Below, piece after piece: positions 42,155 through 55,222 of a stretch of 64,000 bases of DNA (its first letter is position 1; each line of letters opens with the position of its first letter). The translations under genes and the position numbers were made by a program. The stretch is taken from the NCBI RefSeq assembly GCF_009914755.1, contig NC_060947.1. One strand, 5' to 3'. This stretch comes from the human T2T-CHM13v2.0 reference genome, Homo sapiens. The notes beneath the pieces were generated by a model. That model did not search any database and was not told where the DNA came from. It saw only the letters and a list, made by a program, of their open reading frames with translations.

Positions 42155-42445
42155 CTAGCACTGCCATTAGAAATGTGAGCCGCATATGTAACCTTAAATT
42201 TTCAAGTAGTAACATTAAAATAATAAAAAAGAATGGGATAAATTAATTTTTAAAATATATTTTATGGAACCCAATGTATACAAAGTATTACTAGGTCAAT
42301 ATGTAATCAGTATAAAACATCATTAATGAAATAGTTTGTATTCTTTCTTTCCTACTAGAGTTTTGAAATTTGGTGTGTATTTTGATCTTAGAGCACATAT
42401 CTGTTTGAAGCTGGTATATTTCAATGGCACATGGCTACATGCAGA
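42155..42445. mobile_element. MER33-like hAT-Charlie DNA transposon
   Basis: gagccgcatatgtaaccttaaattttcaagtag...tcaatatgtaatcagtataaa...aaatttggtgtgtatttt...cacatggctac. Confidence 0.8.
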
Positions 42446-45400
42446 ACTTATTGCAATTATATACAGATTTTCATTTAAAGATAACCTACTGTCATCTTAT
42501 TGCACCGTGACCCTCTGCACACCAGCCTGTGTGCATTTATTCTACACACATACTATATTCACGCTTTGCAATATGGAAGTACCCCTATTCCACAGGATAA
42601 ATACTGAAAAACGGAAATCGTTTACCATACAGCATTTGCACTTTTAACACTGACATAATCCAGGGACCGCTAAGTCCAGATGTATGTTAAACTCGGTGTT
42701 CCCAGTATTCCCTGTTAATCAGAACACTTTATGAACCTATGGTAGGATGTTTTCAAGGGATAACCTCGGGCAAAGAATAGTGCTGAACATGACGCAAAAA
42801 TATCCCCGGATGTAGCCACACTGAACCAATGCCCCGCTTCATCTGAGACATGGCCTTCTTGTGATGGCTGAAGGCTGCAACAGCTGTTGCATTTACTGTT
42901 AATTTAGACATTATGAAATTGGCCATTAAGATGTTATTAAAAATTTACTAAGGGAAAGCAGCCAGTGGTCACATATTCAGAGAAATACTAAATCCCTGCC
43001 ACTCACCTATTGCCAAACTCTCCTTAAGTCTCTGATGACCTTCAGTAGTTTATAATTAATATTAAATAAGGCTTTCGGGTCACAGACATCCCATCTCATT
43101 TTAATCCATGAAGGAGAAACCACTGCAGGATACTCCCTTATGGGAAGATATTAAAAGTTACTTTATTTCACCTGAATAGAAAAACTGCAATTAAGCCCTT
43201 GGCCTTCAAGTGAGCAGAACTAATTAATTAGCTTGAAAGGGCATCTGAAACATCTGAGGAACCTTATAAAAGTCTCACCTTATTTGACATCTGCAAAGAG
43301 TGACATGCTTTAACTAAAGCAGTATGTTAAGGATGATAGTAAACTTAACCCATTTCTGAGCCATGCTTTTCATAGCAGTGGACATGACATAACTGGAGAA
43401 TAGACTCTTCATGAAGAAGTTACATTTGTCAAATGTGATGCTTAAGGCATGAAAGAAAAGCACCTGTGATATAATTTGTTTGAGTCAGTGTCAATGCACT
43501 GATAAAACAATGTACAGTTACAAATATAGTCCGCTTTATGAAACATCTCTCCGTCTACCAGCAGGAAATGTTTTTTGGTTTATTTTAATTTACCAAAGAG
43601 TATTCATGTGATTACAGGCAGTGCAGAACAGAAAATGTTATATAAAGGTTTATAAGTTGTGGATATTAGTCAACAGTTCTTGGTAATAAAGATTGGTGCT
43701 TGGTAGCCTTGAGAATATGGTTAATTCCAGGGGGAGGTGAATATCTGTGTTGTGTTAGTTTAAAGGGAAAGACAAGTGAAGGAACACCATACAGGTTGGG
43801 GGATAGTATGGGATTTATCTGGGACAAAGAATTTCTTCAGCTGGGTTGTGACATACAAAAGGCAAAACCTGAAGGACACCTAAATTATTTTTTTAGTAAG
43901 AAAAAGGAATTTCTTATAAAACAGGTAGAAATGGATTTGGAATGTGAAAATAATACTGTTCTATCAGCAAAAGAATGGCCTCCCAAGGACAAAGAGATAA
44001 ATGTCAAACAATTTTTAAAAATATATTTAGCAAAATAAATGAAAAATTATAAGGGCATACACTTTGAGCGTCATACAAGTAAGATATATGTGCACATAAC
44101 CAGTGTTAACAAACTTAATAGCTTTTACAAAAGAAGTAATGAGAATAAGATAATATGCTTTTACTCTTTTTCATAGATGGCTCTAGCATATTTCTATGAT
44201 TAAAAACCATAATTGAAATATGGATTGCTACAGTTATTTTAATCAAAAATGTAAAGCCCCATCTCAACTCAGTTAAATAAACCTTGAGTAACTGAAGAAA
44301 CAACATATGCATAGAATTCATTCATTGGTAGTGTCTATGCCAAATGACTAATTAATTCAGATTTAATCAATGACAGATTTGTCATCATTGAAACAGGAGT
44401 TGGGTTGATGTTCATACACTTCTTTAAACAACTTGCTTGAAAAAGTAATAACACATTTCTGAGTACTTAAACCATCTTAGAATAGTAGAAACTAAAAAAG
44501 AAATCTCAACTAAGTCTCAAGTGCTAGTATGTTAATATTAAATCATATCTTCTACTTTCATAAACAGATTCTCCTAAGTGAACCTACAAGGAAATCCTTT
44601 AATGGCCTATACACAGTACTCTCTGCTCTTGGAAATAACTTGATAACAGGAAAAATTTTACAATTCATGTATCCTATTAATTCATAATGCCCTCTTTCAA
44701 ATTGCCCAGATAATTTGTATTTCACTATGTTAAAACTCAATATTAACGTGTCTTAAAGTTATATTTGCCTTTTCTTTTGAGATGTTGTGGTAAGGATCAA
44801 AACAATGCCCAAGATTCATTCATTCATTCTCTCTCTCTCTCCTCTCTCTCTTGCTCTCTTTTACACCTTTAGATTACAGGCTGGTATTTTTAATTATCAA
44901 TATGAGTGTGAATGATGTGTTTTAAGTAATTTGTCTCGCAGGCTCTAGAAAACATGGATTATTTAAAGGAAACCATGGCCCCACTTTTGCATTTCCAGAG
45001 TTACACCATTTTCTCCTTTGCAACGACTGTGTATTAAATGTTTCCAGCGGATTGCTGTCAGCTTGTGTTCTGTGATAAATCATGCCTGTGTTTCTATCTG
45101 TAGGTGTTAGCCGATGGAGCAGAAATAACACAATCGCAGCAAGGTCTGTGTCCTACACACCAGGAAGTGGCAATGGGAAGGCAGGTTGTTTTCTACAGAA
45201 AAGGCATCGTCTTACTACCCATAATTTTTCTCAATACTTGGGTCTAAATTCACAGTAGTAACAGTATGGAACTAGGGTGCCCCCAGAAAGCATACAAATC
45301 CACTCAAAATCATAGCAATTTTTACACTGTGTATAGCAATGAAGATACTAATGACTTTTGTCCTCTGTTCTCAGTGTGGAAAAATGCATTACACTACACG

Positions 45401-45610
45401 CTTTGAGTCTTCAAATGTGTACTCAAATAAAACCAGATGAGTACGTATCAATTAATCAACAGCAAATATACATTTCAGATCATGTACATAGAAGCTTGGC
45501 ACTCAGGAGATAGCTAATGTTAATTGACATCTTACTTGTAACCAACTGTCTAGTCAGAGTTTGACATGCATCGATTCATTCAATCCTCACGCTATTCTGT
45601 AATAAGATAT

Positions 45611-45937
45611 TGTTATGGACTTCATGTTTTTCCCCCACCAATTCATATATTGAAGTCCTTACCCACAAGGTGATCGTATTATGAGGTGGGGTTTTGGGGA
45701 GGTGATTAGGTCATCAGGGTGAAGGCTCCATGAATGAGTGCCCTTGTCCCTTCCACCATGTGAGGACACAGTGAGAAGGCGCCATCTAGGAACCAGGAAA
45801 TGGGTCCTCAACAGACACTGAATCTGCCACACTTTGATTTTGGACTTCGAGCCTCCAGAACTGTGAGCAATAAATGTCTATTATATGTAAGTCGCCCTGT
45901 AAATGGTATTTGTGTTACAGCAGCCAGAACTAAGACA
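45611..45937 (+). mobile_element. MLT1A-type solo LTR inserted in a minus-strand MIR
   Basis: tgttatggact...ccatgtgaggacacagtgagaaggc...aactaagaca; perfect TSD GATAT. Confidence 0.92.
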
Positions 45938-46184
45938 GATATTATTCCCATTTTTTTTTAGATCAGGAAATCTGTTGACTTTCTTAGATCAACAGTCAAG
46001 CAGGTGGGTGACCAGCTCTTCTAAGGGACATATTCCAGATCATCTCACCTTGACTCCTCTGGGTTTCCTCACTGCAGCACGTTTCCAAAAAGCAACATAA
46101 AATGAAAATGAGAGCATGATGCTAAGTGGGAAAAAAATAACAAACTTCTCAGAAGATTATATATGCTTCCCTTTGCATAACATC

Positions 46185-46640
46185 TTTATTTTATTTTATT
46201 TGGCAAATAATAATTATACATATTCATGGGTCACATAGTCATATTCTGATATACAGTGATCAGATCAGAGTAATTAGCGCATGCATTGTCTCAAACATTT
46301 TTTTTTGTTAGGAACATTTAATATCCTCCTTTCAGCTATATGAAACTGTATAACACATTATTGTTAACTGTAGTCACCTTCTAGGGCTATAGAACACTCG
46401 ATCTTATTTCTCCTATGTAGTTGTAATTTTGCATCCTTTAACAAATATGTCCTTCCCCGCTTTCGCACTTCTCTTCCCAGCCTCCGGTATCTTCTGTTTA
46501 CTTTTTGCTTCTATGATATCGGCTATTTTTTAGCATCCACATTTGAGTGAGAACATGCAGTGTTTGGCTTTCTGTTCCTGTCTTATTTCACTTAGCATAA
46601 TGTCCTCCAGTTCCATCTGTGCTGCTGTGAATGACAGGAA
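46185..46640 (-). mobile_element. L1MA 3' end
   Basis: aataataattatacatattcatggg...gagtgagaacatgcagtgtttggctttctg...cacttagcataatgtcctccagttccatc. Confidence 0.9.
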
Positions 46641-47047
46641 AAGATTATAGACAGAACTGGCTAGTGGTTGCCAGGCATGAAGGACAGAGTGTGGGGACTG
46701 CTGAGATTACAATAATCCCCTTAGAGGGAGGTGTTTGTGGCCATGGAGTAGTTCTATATATTGGTGGTGGTAGAGATTACATAAATATATGCATGTAGTA
46801 AAACTCTCTCTCTCTCTCTCTCTAACACACACACACACACACAGACACACGTGTATATAAATTCTAAATAAAGTCTCTATATTGTATCAATGCCAATTTT
46901 CTAGTTGTGTTATTGTACTATAGTTATGCAGGATGCTACCATTGGGGGCAATGGAACAAAGAATACCTACAACCTCACTGAACTTTTGTCTTTTTTTTGT
47001 TTTTGCAACTTCCTGTGAATCCATAACTGTTTCAAAATAAAAAGTTT
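46641..47047 (+). mobile_element. L1MC/MD 3' end (5' part at about 46110-46184)
   Basis: agtggttgccagg...ttgtatcaatgccaattttctagtt...gcaacttcctgtgaatc...caaaataaaaagttt. Confidence 0.8.
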
Positions 47048-47221
47048 CCAAAAGTTTATGAGGGTTGCCTGATATCAACCCTCTTAAGTCCATGATGGTC
47101 TTTTACCCAGGATGGCAAACAAACAGGGCATGTGGAAATTACCCTTATAATTCATATTTGAAAGAAACTGTTCATTTTACTATCCGAGGTAAATAAGTTA
47201 GTCTTAAAAATTAAAAATAGA

Positions 47222-47601
<380 letters not shown>

Positions 47602-47693
47602 TCATTTATTATTAACACTTATGGAAAATACACGTTTTCTGCTATAAGTTAAATTTACCTTTAAATAATCCCAAAAAATAGTAATAGCATTAT

Positions 47694-48124
47694 TGTATTT
47701 TAAGTGTATTAAGTGCTGTAACAAACTTAGCCACAAACTTAGTCGCTTAAAACAAGACAAATTTATTATCTCATACTCTAAGACCAGAGGCTGAAATAGA
47801 TCCACAGGGCTCTGTATCTTCCAGAAGATTTTAGGGATGATCAGTTTTCTTGCCTTTTCCATTCTCTAGAGAATCCAACCTCTCTCTCTGACCTTTGTGT
47901 CAATCCTAAAAACCCCTCTCTCTGACTCTGACCCTCCTGCCTTCAGCTTAGAAGGACTTATGATGATATTGGATCCACTCAGAAAACTTAGTGTACTTTC
48001 TCCATCTCAAGATCTTTAAGTAAATAACATCTGCAAAGTTCCTTTTGTATGTAAGGTGCCAGACTCACAGATTCCAAATCTTAGGTTTTGGTCATATTTG
48101 AGAGCCATTACTCGGCCTACCAGA
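47694..48124 (-). mobile_element. MLT1 (C/D-like) solo LTR
   Basis: gctgtaacaaa...ccacaaacttagtcgcttaaaacaa...catctcaagatcttta...acatctgcaaagttcctttt. Confidence 0.85.
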
Positions 48125-48170
48125 GTAAAGTCAGATAAAGTAGCATGAAGAAATGAGCTTCATGTTAGCG

Positions 48171-48390
48171 TTCTTTTTTTTTTTTTCTTTTTTTGAGACA
48201 GGGTCTTGTTCTGTCATCCATGCCAGAGTGCAGCAGTGTGATCAGAACTCACTGCAGCCCCAACTCCTGGGCTCAAGCAATCCTCCTGCCTCAGCCTCCC
48301 TAGTAGCTGAGACCACAGGTGTGTGCCACCAAGCCTGGCTAATTTTTTATCTTTTTTTGGAGATGAGGTCTCACTATGTTGCCCAGGTTG
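48171..48390 (-). mobile_element. AluJ lacking its 5' part
   Basis: Poly-T, gagacagggtcttg...gggctcaagcaatcctcctgcc...tctcactatgttgcccagg, then abrupt switch to LTR sequence. Confidence 0.92.
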
Positions 48391-48804
48391 GTGTCTGGCA
48401 ACATGGCTGCCCCCACATATCCCCACGTGTGTAGAACATCATGGCGCCCTGCATTTGCATATTAAAAGGCTAGGGCGGGCGGGGGGGCAGCTTTTTCACA
48501 GGCTATGTGAATGACATGCCTGGTCAAACCAATTCCCTGAGCCCTATGCAAATCAGATACCGCCTCCTCCAGCCTCCTTATAAAACTGGCTGGTAACCAT
48601 GGCACTTGGGGTCTCCTCTTTTGGCTTTGGAGACCCCCTCCCTCTGTCTCTGTATGGGGGAGCCTCTTCCTTCTGCTTTCTCTTTTCTTTCTTGCCTATT
48701 AAACTCTCTGCTCCTTAAAACCACTCCATGTGTGTTCATGTTGTTTTATCTAATTCAACATGAGACAAGAACCTGGTGTCCCAATAGTCATCGGAGCCAT
48801 ATTA
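48391..48804 (+). mobile_element. ERV1-class LTR (LTR9/MER83-like group, subfamily uncertain) with promoter motifs
   Basis: catggcgccctgcatttgcatattaaaaggctaggg...ccctatgcaaatcagataccgcctcctcc; TATAAAA 48579; ATTAAA 48698. Confidence 0.8.
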
Positions 48805-49049
48805 CTTCTGGATATAATAGCAATAGGCACAGCTTTAACTTTTTTCCTTGTTTTGTTGCTTTCAAAATATTTTCACTTGCATCTTTCAATTTTGATGTTA
48901 GTTAATCTTTGTAGAATTGTATTGTTGATTCTCATGGATAGGTGAAGAAATTCAGTATCAGGAATTTTAATTCCTTGAGCAAATGAGTCCTGCTATCACC
49001 AGTATCACCTTCATACAGGCTGTGGAAAAGCTAAAATCTTTGCACAGTT

Positions 49050-50084
49050 ACCCTGAAATTTGAAAGCAGGAACTCGAACAGGTATTTGCACATTCAGGTT
49101 CATAGTGGCACTATTCCCAATAGCCAAAAGGTAGAAGTAACTCAAGTGCCCATCAAAGGGAGGAATGGATAAACCTAATGTGGCATATATGAACAACAGA
49201 TTATTCAACCTTAAAAAGGGGAATTCTGACACAGGCTACAACATGGATGAACCTTGAGGACATTATGCTAAGTGAAATAAGCCAGATACAAAAGGACAGC
49301 TATTGTGTGATTCCACTTACAGGAGGTACCTGGAACAGTCAAATTCATAGGATGGTTGCCAGGGGAAAGGGGAAGGGGGAGGAAGAATGGGGAATTCAGA
49401 TGTAAAGAATGCAGGATTTAAGTTTGGGATGAAGACAAAGTTCTGTGGGTGAATGGTGGTGGATGGATATCAATGTGAATGTTCTTAATGCCTCTGAACT
49501 GTACACTGGTGGTTACAATAGTAAAATGTATTAGTCAGGGTTATCTAGAGGGACAGAACTAATAGGATAGATGTATATATAAGGGGGAGTTTATTAAGGA
49601 ATATTAACTCAGACGATCACAGGGTGAAGTCCCACAATAGGCCATCTGCAAGCTGAGGAGCATGAAAGCCAGTCCAAGTCCCAAAACCTCAAAAATAGGG
49701 AAGCCGACAGTGCAGCCTTCGGTCTGTGGTTGAAAGTCCAAAAGTCCCAAAGCTGAAGAACCTGGAGTCCGACGTTCAAGGGCAGGAAGCGTCCAGCATG
49801 GGAGAAAGATGGAGGCTGAAAGACTAAGCCAGTCTAGTCTGTCCATGTTCCTCTGCCTGCTTTTTATTCTATCCGTGCTGGCAGCTGATGAGATGATGCC
49901 CACCCAGATTGAGGTGGGTCTGTCTCCCCGAGTCCATTGACTCAAATGTTAATCTCCTTTGGTAACACCCTCACAGACACACCCAGGAACAATACTTTGC
50001 ATCCTTCAATCCACTCAAGTTGACACTCAATATTAACCATCACATGTACGCAATGCATATTGTACCCCAGTAAAAAAAAAAAAA
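49050..50084 (+). mobile_element. L1MB 3' end split by MLT2A
   Basis: acaacatggatgaaccttgaggacattatgctaagtgaaataagccag...ctgaactgtacact; A-tail at about 50072-50084. Confidence 0.9.
49527..50044 (-). mobile_element. MLT2A (HERVL) solo LTR
   Basis: tgtattagtcagggtt...caagttgacactcaatattaaccatcaca; reverse complement of the 28287 element. Confidence 0.95.
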
Positions 50085-50454
50085 GTCATATTGTGGACTT
50101 GTGTTTGCAGATTTAAAACACTGAGCTCCAGGAATTTTTTGCAGGAGAGATAATGAGACAGGTGCCAGTAACCCTCATTTGGTGACCCCTCTTACCCTTG
50201 AGCTCCCACAGGGCAGGGCAAAGCTCATGGGACTGGATAAGATTAGAATCTCTACACATATTAGGACAAAGGCGGGCAGGTTTTGAGAAGTAAGAAGGTT
50301 CCAGGTGTGAGGCTGGACACATATGCTCCTGAAAGGCATATCCATCCATGTAAGGGCAGATCAAAAACCCTGAGGCTTTTCCTCATGTTCTCTGTCCATA
50401 TAGCCAGAAAGATTTGCTCTCTATGGTCTAAGTCAGAATTCAGGTTTCAAATTT

Positions 50455-51148
50455 AAGTGCAAAGTTTTGCAGTGGGAGAAGGGAGGGTGCTTATTTGCAA
50501 GGTGCCAAGTGAGGAGAATCGGGCAGTTCATGCTTACGTCCTGACGTCCCTGATGGCTTGCAAGGCAGGGGTGGATTTCAGGAAAACGGAAGCTACAGGC
50601 AAAATCAGAACCAATACACGGAGGTTATGCATCAGTTTGACCTAAAAGGGCAGGATATCTTGAAGTGGAGGCTTATAGGTCACAAGTGGATTCAATGATT
50701 TTCTGATTTGCAATTGGTTAAGAACGGGAAGCTTTGTCTAAAATTTTGTGGTCAACAGAAAGAAATGTTCAGTCTGGCTTGTGGGCTTCCCAGGCCCCTT
50801 AGGAAGAAATTTCGAACAAAAATGGGAGGTCAGGATTCAGTCTTCAATTCCCCTGTATCTGTGGTCTACGTGGCAGAGGATCCGTTTGGTAGAGGTCTAG
50901 ATTTCTGAAAAACAACTGAGGGGCATATGTTAAGATGTTATCTTTAGTTTCTACAGGTAACTGAACATCTCATGACTCTAGCTTCCTTGGCTATTGTTTT
51001 AAGCTACTATTACCTTCTTGCTTGTCACGTTGCTCATTTACTCCTCAGGGCCAGCTAGGTGCCTGGAGTCTCCCCTGAAAGAACTCAAGATTTTCCTTTA
51101 TTTTCATGCTCAGCGCGGGGGTGCGGCAGAGGTCCCTGCTCTGTCTCA
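50455..51148 (-). mobile_element. ERV1 solo LTR, MER39-like (left boundary approximate)
   Basis: catatgttaagatgttatctttagtttct...aactcaagattttcctttatt...ggtccctgctctgtctca. Confidence 0.8.
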
Positions 51149-51844
51149 CTGGGACTATCAAGTGTCTGGTACAGAAAATAGAGCAACTCAATGCAGTTGC
51201 CGGTTTCAGAGCATTCTTGAATTGATCGTGAAACAGCTTTCCAGGTGCGATCGTATAAAGGATCATTGGCAGCTGTGCAGCTTGTCAGCTAGCTGCAGAA
51301 ACCCAGGTGTCATGCTGACAGCTTCAGTGTTAATAGCCTTTCAGGTGAGCAGTGGGGGGCAGGAGAACAGAGCTGTGCTTTCCGTAGATCATGCAGAGAC
51401 CATGAAGACATCAGCTGCTGTCTTTTTTTTTTTATGATTGAATAAAATGTGACATTTATTTCAATTCGATGTATTGAGCACTTACACAGACAAGCACTGG
51501 CAAATGCAGTCCCCATACTTAAAAAGCTCCTAAGCCAGTCAGGGAGGCAAATATCCAACCATATCAGTAAACTTCATGTGAGGATTGAGGCATATGTACT
51601 AAACTATGGACACAAAACCAGGCAGGAAAGATATACAATATTTGCAGACCTCCTGAGCCATCCTCTCATCCTGACTAGTTGTAATAAATTCAGTTTCCTC
51701 TTGTGTTAGATTAACTCCCTTCAGGACAATGTTTTTATTTTGTGACTTTGTCATTGAACTGATTTATTTCACCCGTTTTTAAAATTTTGCTTTGTGACTG
51801 CTTCTGAATGTTTGTGACCTAAAGCTGATTAGGATATGGGTTAC

Positions 51845-51980
51845 TTGTTTCTCAAATTTAATATGCACACAGATTGCTGTGGCATGTAGTTAAAATGCAG
51901 ATTCTTTTTCTGCAGGTCTCGGGTGGGGCCTCTTCCTAACAAGCCTCCTAATGATATTAACACTGCTGCCATGGAGGAGA
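51845..51980. mobile_element. MER5-like hAT fragment
   Basis: ttctcaaattt...gttaaaatgcagattct...caggtctcgggtggggcct...taacaagc. Confidence 0.7.
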
Positions 51981-52180
51981 AGTTAGTGGCTGGACACACT
52001 GAAAGACACCATTTAAAACTGCAAAGCAAGATTTCTCTGTAAGATTGCATGGAAAGGCTCTCTGTAATGAGTAAGTATTCTGACGTTACAGAGTTTAAAC
52101 TTTGGAATGCAGGATTCCTCAATGGGTGAAAATGTGAATGATGTATAACAAATACACAGTGAGAAGAGAGGGAAAAGCAA

Positions 52181-52187
52181 ATCTATC

Positions 52188-52229
<42 letters not shown>

Positions 52230-52720
52230 GTATCCATCCATCCATTTATCTATCTATCCATCCATCCAACTATCCATTTATGTATCTATCTATCCATCTA
52301 TCCATCTACCTGTGTGTTCTTCTGTCTGTCCATCCGTCCGTCCATCCATCCATTTATGTATCTATCCATCGTTCCATCCATCCATCCATCCATCCATCCA
52401 TCCATCCATCCATTTATCTATCACTCCATCCATCCATCTATTTATGTATCTATCCATCCATGTATCCATCCGTCTGTCTGCCTGTCCGTCTGTCTGTTCG
52501 TCCTTCCATCTGTCCATCCATCCATCATCCATCCATCCATCCATCCATTTATGTATCCATGCATGCATGCATCCATCCATCCATCCGTCTGTCCGTCCGT
52601 CCGTCTGTCCATCCATCCATCCATCCATCTATCCATCCATTTATCAATCCATCTATCCATCCATTTATGCATCTATCCATCCATGTATCCATTTATGCAT
52701 CTATCCTTCCATGTATCCAT

Positions 52721-52773
<53 letters not shown>

Positions 52774-52835
52774 CATCCATCCGTCCTTCCATCTGTCCAT
52801 GCATCCAGCCAGCCAGCCATCCGTCTCTCTATCTG
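52181..52835 (+). repeat. Compound (TCTA)n/(TCCA)n/(TCTG/TCCG)n tetranucleotide array
   Basis: Pure (TCTA)10 at 52189-52228 and (TCTA)12 at 52724-52771 bracket a degenerate TCCA core. Confidence 0.98.
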
Positions 52836-53514
52836 TGTAAATGCATGTATGTACTTATGTACACACAAAGTCAAAATGCACTAGCCTGTAAATTATATCT
52901 TAACAAAAAAAATTTCTTCTAGAGGTTGAGAGTAAGAAATGGAAATGAATACAATGACAGCAGAGGTGTTGTTTCAGTGAATCTGTGGTGCTTGCATCAA
53001 ATATGTATGTCCTAAAAATGAATTGAGCAGCTGTTCAAATTCAAAATACATGTATCCCACCCTACTTTTAAAAAAATAAAGTCAGAGCAATTATGTGGCC
53101 ACTGGACCAGTTCTGGACCCCGGTTAAATTAGAAAGAGATTTCAGGCTACTGATTCTGAGCTGTTGGAATATTTTAACAAGGAAGTGAACTTAGAAATCA
53201 AGGTCTCTATGGTTTGTGACACCACTTACTCTGAAAAGATTTACCAGAATGCATGATAAGGCAGTCGTCTTGTAAGCTCACATTTCACATGGGGACTCCA
53301 GCCTTGAACAGGAAGCAAATGCGTGTGCACTGGACTCTCAGTTCCACTTTCCCCCAGTCTCGCGAATAACCACAGTGCCTAAAAATATCCTTCATGCAAA
53401 GCTTTGCATGGTCTTATCTTTTCATCTCTGGACATCTTCCCTCTGAATTCCCTTCCAGGGTTTCTAAGGCTTCTCTGCTTTTTGTATGTGTAACATTTCC
53501 CTATCAGTTGGAAG

Positions 53515-54171
53515 TGTCCATCAAGAAAAATGGCAAGACGAGTCTCAACCATTTTAGAAGGTTTATTTGTCAAAGTTAAGGGTGCACGCCCAGGAGACAG
53601 GTCTATGCCTTTCTCTGAAGATAATTTTGAGGGCTCCAAATTTAAAGGGAAAAGGGCGAGATATTGAGAAGTACACAATTTTCATGTAAGAGGCAGGTAG
53701 GGAAAAATAGTTATTCATGCCTTTGGTACAGTGAATCTGCATCTTTTTACATAAGGTGACAGACAATTGTGGCAGAGGAAAAATGCAGGGAATCTGCATG
53801 TTACATAAGATAACATAGACAAAATGGGGCAGGGGAACAATCAGATACTCATTTGTGTCTGGTGGGCCAGAGGCGACTGCACCTGTAAAGATAAGCTATC
53901 ATTGCCATGGTGAAATTTTAACAGAAACACCTTAGGGTAAAGATCTTTTCACCCTAGATCTTTTTATCCTAGATTATTAGGAAATCTAATTCCTGATGGA
54001 TTTTCCTTGTGGGCAAAATATGCAGGAGGCATGTAGCTTTTCATCTTGCAGCCATCTTATTTAGGAACCCTGCAAAACAGGGAGGCAGGTTTGCACGACC
54101 CAGTTCCCAGCTTAACTTTTCCCTTTGGCTAAATTTTAATTTGGAGTCCCAAAATTTAATTTTCTTTCACA
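53515..54171 (-). mobile_element. MER4 (B-like) ERV1 solo LTR
   Basis: gtttatttgtcaaagttaag...cccagttcccagcttaacttttccctttggct...ttttctttcaca; perfect TSD GAAG. Confidence 0.9.
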
Positions 54172-55222
54172 GAAGTGTAAGTACTGTTTAAAATGTCTTT
54201 CCTTTTAAAGAAGTAAACTGAAAATAACTTGGATGACACAAGTGGTCAAAATTCTTTGACTGACTCTTCCTAAGAAAGAAACTACTGAGATTAACGTCAG
54301 GTCACCTGGTTTTACAAAAGAGCTGCATTTGTCTTGTATTTTCCACAGAATTGTTGGAAATAGATAAAACATTGGCAAAACCTAGCAGCCCATCGATCTA
54401 AAAGCATCTTTCATTACATGTAAAAGAGAGTTGGTTTCATAAATGCTCTACAGTAGTTACTATAAACACAATCCCCTGAGGCTCTTGTTCCCAACGGGTG
54501 TTTTGAGATGAAACTGCAGGTGCTAGGCTCAAGGTGAGCGACGGTCTTTGATGTATATACAAAGGTTCATGCCTGAAAATGTTGACGCATATTTTTAGAC
54601 CTTTATTTAAAATTTAACATTATCCCTTTATGGACTATTCAGAATTATCTGACTGTCCTTGCCTTTGTTCAGGTGATATATTCAAATGTTCGTTCAAACG
54701 ATGATCTCTTGTTACCAGCCTTGCTTCCAACAATTTTTTTAAACTAATTGAAAATAAAATCTGACCATATTTTTATGTTCGAAATACCCTTCCAAATATC
54801 AAAGAAGGAAAAAATCATATATACATTAGTACATTTAAAATTGCCGAAAGCGTGCCTTTCAGATATGTACCTCGTTCAACATAAATACCTCACCATGTTT
54901 CCTAATAATAAATAATGAATAATTCCCATATCTTTCTTAGGACAGACTCGACGTCTTTCTTTCTGTGTGTAAGAGACCAAAAGTACATGCAAGTCTTTGA
55001 AATGTTTAAACAGAGCTTTAGAAGCTTTTAAGAGAAGAAAATTATTTTAGGTAATGGAGAGAAAAGGAAACAGTCATGTCAAATATTGCTAGGCAAAATG
55101 TGAGTGAATCTCAAATGTGCTATCAGTAGCATTCAGAGGAATATGCTTTATCTAAGCTGGTGTGGGAAGATTACTGCTCCTAATCTTACCAGCACCAGAT
55201 CCAGCACTACTGCAAGTACTGC

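Noticed and set aside
52138-52922. ORFs of 248, 186 and 202 aa (SIHP/SIYL repeats) and their antisense ORFs
   Set aside because: Translation of a stop-poor tetranucleotide array; open in several frames, low complexity.
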